64,000 nt of DNA from a bacterium. GTDB lineage: Bacteria > UBA8248. The DNA is taken from NCBI GenBank assembly GCA_965221165.1, contig CBDCRP010000003.1:1984001-2048000 (forward strand). Reading direction: 5' to 3'. Both the position numbers and the translations under genes were made by a program. The notes below the pieces were generated by a model that had not been told where the DNA came from, ran no database searches, and saw only the letters and a list, made by a program, of their open reading frames with translations. Numbering within the stretch: position 1 is the first letter of the stretch; each line of letters opens with the position of its first letter. Below are positions 58,552 to 64,000 of the stretch, one piece after another.

Positions 58552-59412
58552 TCAACCCTCCCGCGAGCGTTGGATGCGGCGCAATTCCCGCAGGGTGAGG
58601 TGCAAGTCCTCATCCCGCAGCGTGGGGGATGCGATGCGCGCGCGCCGCACGTTCGCCGTGTCCACCTGGGAGACGAGCATCTCCTCCCTGGAACGCTCGG
58701 CCCGGGCGAGAGGCTCCCCGCTGGGCGCCAGGATTTCAGACCCCCCCCAGAAGTTGATGCCGTCCTCGTATCCCACTCTGTTGCTGAAGACGACGTGCTG
58801 GTTATAGGCCGAGGCGTAGGTTCTCGTGAGCGATTGCCAGACGCGCTGAATCGCAAGGCCTCCCTCGCCGTTCGCCTTGCTCACGCCGCGCGCGGGGCTC
58901 GCCGAGGGAACGATGAGCAAATCCGCGCCGTCGAGCGAGGCGATTCCGGCCAGGCTCGGGTGCCAGGCGTCCTCGCAAATGAGGATGGCCGCGCGACCGA
59001 AGCGGGTGTCGAAAGCGCGCACCTTGTCCCCTTTGCCGACGTAGCGGTTCTCGTCGAACAGCCCGTATGTCGGCAGATACACCTTGCGGTGCACGTGGAC
59101 CAATTCACCACCCTCGAAATAGGCGGCGGAATTGAAAAACCCGTGCCTGCCGGATTCCTCCACGAAACCGACCACCAGGGAGACCTTCTTGCTCAGGGCG
59201 GCGATTTCCTTCATGGGCCCGGTCTTGCGCCGGATGGCCACTTCGGGAACCATGTCTTTGAGGAAATAGCCCGTCAGCGAGAGTTCGGGAAAAACGAGGA
59301 GGTCGACGCCTTTTTCTTCGGCTTTTCTCACCTCATCCACCAACAATTCCCGGTTCGCGTCGAGATTCCCCAGTCTTGGGCCGATTTGGGCCGCCGCCGC
59401 CAAAAATTTCAT
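58552..59412 (-). CDS. Nitrilase-family C-N hydrolase, probable glutaminase subunit of NAD synthetase
   Basis: FPELSLTGY, HRKVYLPTYGLFDE, ICEDAW. Confidence 0.88.
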   Translation of the reverse strand: MKFLAAAAQIGPRLGNLDANRELLVDEVRKAEEKGVDLLVFPELSLTGYFLKDMVPEVAIRRKTGPMKEIAALSKKVSLVVGFVEESGRHGFFNSAAYFEGGELVHVHRKVYLPTYGLFDENRYVGKGDKVRAFDTRFGRAAILICEDAWHPSLAGIASLDGADLLIVPSASPARGVSKANGEGGLAIQRVWQSLTRTYASAYNQHVVFSNRVGYEDGINFWGGSEILAPSGEPLARAERSREEMLVSQVDTANVRRARIASPTLRDEDLHLTLRELRRIQRSREG

Positions 59413-59550
59413 GTCGTTTTCCTGTCGAGATCGAATAACGAATTCAGAATGCCGTGTCCTTCGCCGCGATAAAACGCCGCCCGCCCATCATGTCTAGCAT
59501 ATTATCGGCGACCGGAGAAAACAGGCGCGGGAAAATCGGGAGAAACCCGA

Positions 59551-59925
59551 TCAGATGAAGAGTTTGGTTTCCGCCCCTTTCGTTTTTCTCATGAATTCGG
59601 GCAGAGAGATTATTTCGTCCACGACGTCCGCCACGTCCTCGGGCGCGAGGCCCAGGAGCTTGGGCTGCGCGGCGCACGCATACACTTTCAGCTTGCCGAG
59701 CCTTCTGGCGGAATCGATGATTTCGCTCACCGGATGCGTCTTGCGCGCGTCCGCATGCGTCTCGGGCAGGCCGTCCAGGTCGTCGTCCACGAATCGCTTT
59801 AAGGCATGAAAGAACAGAATCACGTGCACCTCGTCCCCGTTCGCGGCGGCGCTCGCCGCCAGGGTGGCTACCTGGTATATGCGATCGGGCTCGCCGCTGT
59901 GGGCGTATATGACGAACTGGGACAT
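59551..59925 (-). CDS. DsrE/DsrF/DrsH-like protein
   Basis: LAASAAANGDEVHVILFF...VYAC...KLFI. Confidence 0.8.
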   Translation of the reverse strand: MSQFVIYAHSGEPDRIYQVATLAASAAANGDEVHVILFFHALKRFVDDDLDGLPETHADARKTHPVSEIIDSARRLGKLKVYACAAQPKLLGLAPEDVADVVDEIISLPEFMRKTKGAETKLFI

Positions 59926-60004
59926 GTCGGCCCTAAGTGTTGTTCCGGGAGGATGCGGCGAGACCCGGTTCGCCCGGGTAAGGAAATTTGACTCTCAAAC
60001 CGCA

Positions 60005-60274
60005 TCATTCAAAATCTTTCGGTTCTACGTTCTCGAAATCATAGTCGGGCAAATCCGAGCGGGACGGGGGATCGACGCCCTCATCCTGTAAATGAGGGGG
60101 CCTGGGGCGCGAGGCCCAAAGGTGGACGAACAAACGGTAGACGCCATACAGCAGGCAGCAGGCCACTACGAACCAGAAGGCTCCCGCAAAATCGCGTTGA
60201 TAAAAATAATACGCGATTCCAAGCCAGAAAAGAAAACCGGCCACTATGCCCGGAACCGAGCGGCCTCCTTCCAT
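60005..60274 (-). CDS. Small hypothetical membrane protein
   Basis: Two TM helices; GAGG RBS. Confidence 0.6.
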   Translation of the reverse strand: MEGGRSVPGIVAGFLFWLGIAYYFYQRDFAGAFWFVVACCLLYGVYRLFVHLWASRPRPPHLQDEGVDPPSRSDLPDYDFENVEPKDFE

Positions 60275-60312
60275 CGGCGTCCACCTCTCTTCATCGCTTC
60301 GAACCGCCGGGG

Positions 60313-60768
60313 TCAGTCCGTTTCAGGGGCGGTTACCGAAGATTCGCTCTCCTCGGGAGCCTCCTCCGTCGCCTCGGCGCTTGTTTCTTCCGTCTCTTCC
60401 GCCGCTTCGGCGCTTGCTTCGGCCGCTCCCCACTCTCCCGTCATGTGGCAGGCGCCCTCGAACACAGCCCCTTCTTCTATATATATGCTCGGCGTAAAAA
60501 TTTCGCCCTTCAAGTGAGAGCCGACCCTGATCTCGCACTTTTCCTTCGCCTCTATCTTCCCCTCCATCCGGCCCATCACGATGACGACACCGGCCTTGAC
60601 GTCGGCCTTCACATTCGCCGCGGCCCCGATGATGAAGGTATCCTCCGAGACGACCTCTCCCTCCAGGACGCCGTCCACGCGCACGGTGCCCTCGAAAGAT
60701 ATGACGCCCTTGAACTCGGTGCCTTCCCCGAGGAAGGCGCGAATGCTTTTCTCGTAGTTTTTCGCCAT
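60313..60768 (-). CDS. Bactofilin (polymer-forming cytoskeletal protein)
   Basis: FLGEGTEFKG...VRVDG...IEEGAVFEG; acidic tail; downstream of parB. Confidence 0.92.
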   Translation of the reverse strand: MAKNYEKSIRAFLGEGTEFKGVISFEGTVRVDGVLEGEVVSEDTFIIGAAANVKADVKAGVVIVMGRMEGKIEAKEKCEIRVGSHLKGEIFTPSIYIEEGAVFEGACHMTGEWGAAEASAEAAEETEETSAEATEEAPEESESSVTAPETD

Positions 60769-60779
60769 CCATCAACCCC

Positions 60780-61733
60780 TTATGAGTCCCGAGAGGGAGA
60801 CCCGGCTCGACAAAGACGCTGAATCAACCCCTCGAGCGTTTCCCTCGTGTAATACTCGATTTCAATCTTCCCGTTGTTTTCATCGCCCTGAATCGCAACC
60901 TTCGTTCCCAGCGCGCTTCTCAGCCGCTCCGCCGCTTCGCGAAGATACAAAGCCTGCGGCCCCGACGGCCCGTCTTGAGGGGTTGCCCGCCGGAAGGCCG
61001 CCTTCTCTTCGCTCTTGCCCTCGAGCGCTTTTCGGACGCGCGTCTCTAGCTGGCGCACGGAGAGCCTCTTGTCGATGGCGGCCTGGCCGTGGCGGGCCAT
61101 CTCCTCATCCGTGCGCAAGGATAACAGCGCTCTGGCGTGCCCCATGGACAAGAGCCCCGCGGCCACGCTCTCCTGAACCGGGGGGGGCAGATTGAGCAGG
61201 CGGACGTAGTTCGCGACGGTCGAGCGATCCTTGCCGACGCGCGCCGCGACCTCTTCCTGCGTGAGGTTCAGGCGCTCCATCATGCCGGCGTATGCGGCCG
61301 CCTCCTCCATGGAGTTCAAGTCCGAGCGCTGCACGTTTTCGACGATCGCAAGCTCTAGAGCCTCATCTCCCCCTGCGTCGAGCAAAATGGCGGGAATATC
61401 ATCCACAGCCGCCAGGCGGGCGGCGCGCCAGCGCCGCTCTCCGGCCACAATCTCGTATCCCCCGCTCGCGGAACGCCTGACCAGAAGGGGCTGAATCACG
61501 CCGTGGCGCTTCACGGATTCCGCCAGTTCAGCCAGGTCTTCCTCGTCGAAATCAATGCGCGGCTGGTGCGCGCCGGGCGTGAGCCTATCCGGAGAAACCC
61601 AGATCAAAATCCCCGCATCCTCGGCGGTGGTGCGCGGAGAACCCAAATCCGCCGGTGCGGGTTCATCGGCCTCACGCGAGGCAAGGAGCGCGTCCAGACC
61701 CCGCCCGAGTACTTTTTTTCTCATCGTCGCCAT
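60780..61733 (-). CDS. parB: Chromosome partitioning protein ParB
   Basis: LGRGLDAL, QPR, GVIQP, AGERRWRA, ENVQR, HTH, GHARALL. Confidence 0.96.
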   Translation of the reverse strand: MATMRKKVLGRGLDALLASREADEPAPADLGSPRTTAEDAGILIWVSPDRLTPGAHQPRIDFDEEDLAELAESVKRHGVIQPLLVRRSASGGYEIVAGERRWRAARLAAVDDIPAILLDAGGDEALELAIVENVQRSDLNSMEEAAAYAGMMERLNLTQEEVAARVGKDRSTVANYVRLLNLPPPVQESVAAGLLSMGHARALLSLRTDEEMARHGQAAIDKRLSVRQLETRVRKALEGKSEEKAAFRRATPQDGPSGPQALYLREAAERLRSALGTKVAIQGDENNGKIEIEYYTRETLEGLIQRLCRAGSPSRDS

Positions 61734-62575
61734 GTCTGGTTTTGCATCCTTTTCTTCGAGCGCGCCAGAAACTCGCTCGCCAGCGCGAGATACGCCTGGG
61801 CGCCCGGCGAGGAGATGTCGTATGTAATCACCGGCTTCCCGTGGCTCGGCGCCTCCGCCAGGCGCACGTTCCTGGGAATCACGGCCCGGAACATCAACTC
61901 CGGCAGGTGAGAGCGCAAATCCTCGCCCACCTGACGCGATAGATTCGTCCTCGAATCATACATCGTCAACAGGATTCCGCCTATCCTGAGCTCAGGATGA
62001 ACGCTCTGGCGTATCCTGTCCACCGTTTTCATCAACCGGGCCAATCCCTCGAGCGCGAAATACTCCGCCTGGATGGGGATGAGCACCTCATCCGCCGCTC
62101 GCAGGCCGTTTAAGGTGAGAAAACCAAGGGAGGGAGGGCAGTCGATTAAAATATAACGAAACCGGCTGCGAAACGGTTCGAGAGCGTTCAGCAAACGACT
62201 CTCCCTTTGCGGCAAATCCGCTATCTCCACCTCCGCGCCGGCCAGGTCGATGGAGGAGGGTAAAAGTTTTAGCCCTTTAATTTCAGTATGATGTAAGGAT
62301 TCATCGCCAAGGGAATCACCCAGCACCAGCGCCCTGTACAAAGAAGATTCAGGCGTAAATAAAGCGAAATTACTCGTTGCGTTCGATTGCGGGTCCATGT
62401 CGACCAGCAAGGTCGGCTCATCCGCCACGCCGAGACAGGCCGCCAGGTTCACGGCCGTCGTCGTCTTTCCGACGCCTCCTTTCTGGTTCACGACGGCCAC
62501 GACCGTACAAGGGCCTCCGTTCGCGCCGGCTTCGGTAACGCTCGATGAGATCGTTGCTCCGGGCCTCGTTTCCAT
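61721..62575 (-). CDS. parA: Chromosome partitioning ATPase ParA/Soj
   Basis: NQKGGVGKTTT, DPQSNAT, DCPPSLG, EYFALEG, EAPSHG. Confidence 0.96.
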   Translation of the reverse strand: METRPGATISSSVTEAGANGGPCTVVAVVNQKGGVGKTTTAVNLAACLGVADEPTLLVDMDPQSNATSNFALFTPESSLYRALVLGDSLGDESLHHTEIKGLKLLPSSIDLAGAEVEIADLPQRESRLLNALEPFRSRFRYILIDCPPSLGFLTLNGLRAADEVLIPIQAEYFALEGLARLMKTVDRIRQSVHPELRIGGILLTMYDSRTNLSRQVGEDLRSHLPELMFRAVIPRNVRLAEAPSHGKPVITYDISSPGAQAYLALASEFLARSKKRMQNQTWRR

Positions 62576-62650
62576 GTCTCGTTTTCAGAGCGGATGAAAA
62601 TAGATTCTGTAACCAAAGATTCTCACACCGCCTCGTAAAATTCAACCGAA

Positions 62651-62666
62651 AGTTTCACGTGGAACA
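62651..62666. promoter_or_regulatory. parS site
   Basis: AGTTTCACGTGGAACA, near match to the parS consensus TGTTTCACGTGAAACA, upstream of parA. Confidence 0.88.
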
Positions 62667-62693
62667 ATTTTTGGGGGATTTTTCTTGTGCGAA

Positions 62694-62709
62694 TGTTCCA
62701 CGTGGAACA
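62694..62709. promoter_or_regulatory. parS site
   Basis: Perfect palindrome TGTTCCACGTGGAACA. Confidence 0.92.
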
Positions 62710-62737
62710 ATGGGGCTCGAACAGTGCAAATTGACTG

Positions 62738-63488
62738 GTAGAGACAGGTCGCGACCTGTCCCTGCGTGTTCCAGGAAAACACGTTAAAGGCGGACGGGGC
62801 GAGGATTCTCCGTAGGGGCCGTTCGAGAACGGCCCCTACAAAGGCGCATTCTTTTCCTTGCCGCACGAGAACGATCAAAACACCGTCATTCCGGCGCATG
62901 CCGGAATCCAGGCTTTCAAAAAATGAAATATACAACGCCGGGCATTTCTGGATCCCGCATTCAAGCCCTGCGGGATGACGAGTAAGGCGAAAATCAATCC
63001 TAACCCAAAAGGGAGGAAATACCGCAACATGGGTGTTTTTCATCGGTTCTGGTCAACCTTTCGGTTGCCACCAACATGCGGCGGAATGACGGTGTTCTAT
63101 AGGGGTTTTCGGACAAGGAGAGAGAGGTTGCGGCTTTTCCGATGATGTAGGCTTCAAAACCACTCCCCCTTGAGGGTCATTGCCGACTGGGAAGGGAGGG
63201 AATGTCGCAGAAGCCTTTGCCGTAGGGACTGGCCCTTGCGCCTGTCCTGGTCGTATCCACCTCATGGAAGGACAACTACGGGGGGTTGTCCGACTACAAA
63301 AGAATCTCCCCCATCCCCTACGCCGGTGGGGGGATGTAGGGGCGGACCCGTGTGTCCGCCCGCCTCTGCTCCTCCCTTGAGGTCAATCGCGACCGGGAAG
63401 GGAGAGATTGAATTACCCCGACAGATGAAAGCAGGGATTACTCAGGGGTGGATATAAATACCGGGCGGACACACGGGTCCGCCCCTAC
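62738..63488. repeat. Dense REP cluster (GTAG and CGTC families)
   Basis: GTAGAGACAGGTCGCGACCTGTC, GTAGGGGCCGTTCGAGAACGGCCCCTAC, CGTCATTCCGGCGCATGCCGGAAT, GTAGGGGCGGACCCGTGTGTCCGCCC/GGGCGGACACACGGGTCCGCCCCTAC. Confidence 0.88.
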
Positions 63489-63532
63489 GCCAACACAAAA
63501 TCCCCTCCCCACCGACCCGAGCGATGGAGCCA

Positions 63533-64000
63533 TCAGGCCGGCGAGGGGGCCTGCTCCTGTGAATTTCCGCTCTGTTTTCGGATATACACCTCCAGCACGG
63601 CGATGGCGGCGGGCGTCACGCCCGAAATGCGGCTCGCCTGCCCGAGGGTTTTGGGCCGTATCTCCTGAAGCCTCTGGCGCACCTCGGCGGTCAGGTGGCC
63701 CACCTCGGCATAGGAGAGGCTTTCGGGTATCTTCACCCTGTCCGCCATCCTCAAATGGGAGACCTGCTGGTATTCCCTCTCGAAATACTCCTTGTATTTC
63801 ACTTCCGCCAGCACGTATCGCCGCGATTCCCCCTCCAGCGCCTCCCAAATCTCGCAGAATCCGCCTTTGTTGATGGAATCGACCCGCATCGCCAGTTCGG
63901 GACCGGCTTCGGGGCGTCTCAGAATATCGCCCAGGGTCGATGGCTTTTTGAGCGCCTTGGAGCCCGCCGCCTCCATGGCGTTTCGCACGTCCGGCTTGGG
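63533..64000 (-). CDS. mnmG: tRNA uridine-5-carboxymethylaminomethyl modification enzyme (C-terminal part)
   Basis: EVKYKEY...RPKTLGQASRISGVTPAAIAVL; upstream of parA. Confidence 0.93.
   Translation of the reverse strand, partial: PKPDVRNAMEAAGSKALKKPSTLGDILRRPEAGPELAMRVDSINKGGFCEIWEALEGESRRYVLAEVKYKEYFEREYQQVSHLRMADRVKIPESLSYAEVGHLTAEVRQRLQEIRPKTLGQASRISGVTPAAIAVLEVYIRKQSGNSQEQAPSPA

Overview
Bacterial chromosomal window, probably origin-proximal: it has mnmG, two parS sites, parA, parB and a lone dnaN. About 60 CDS are present, mostly housekeeping and metabolic. I found no rRNA, tRNA, CRISPR array, transposase or integrase. (1) Two ~290-bp composite elements sit in inverted orientation at ~4550-4838 and ~51506-51766. 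Each has ~22-bp iterated motifs, six A-tracts phased at 10 bp and an IHF-like site. They bracket a ~46.7-kb domain that is AT-richer than the flanks and appears free of REPs, yet carries core genes (dnaN, purE, nadA, nadC). (2) Two genes have an in-frame UGA at a catalytic Cys-type position followed by a SECIS-like hairpin, so they are probable selenoproteins. One is an Ogt/MGMT alkyltransferase (P-U-HRV). The other is a UGSC protein near four tandem uncharacterised 'DGLPV-x-PT' paralogs and a lone molybdo-hydroxylase large subunit. (3) Two small membrane-anchored repeat proteins share an 'ALRELxERT' C-terminus. (4) The flanks carry many GTAG/CGTC REP palindromes and a dispersed non-palindromic ~28-bp motif. 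Several genes carry lesions. Product calls come from motif recognition only; no database search was run.
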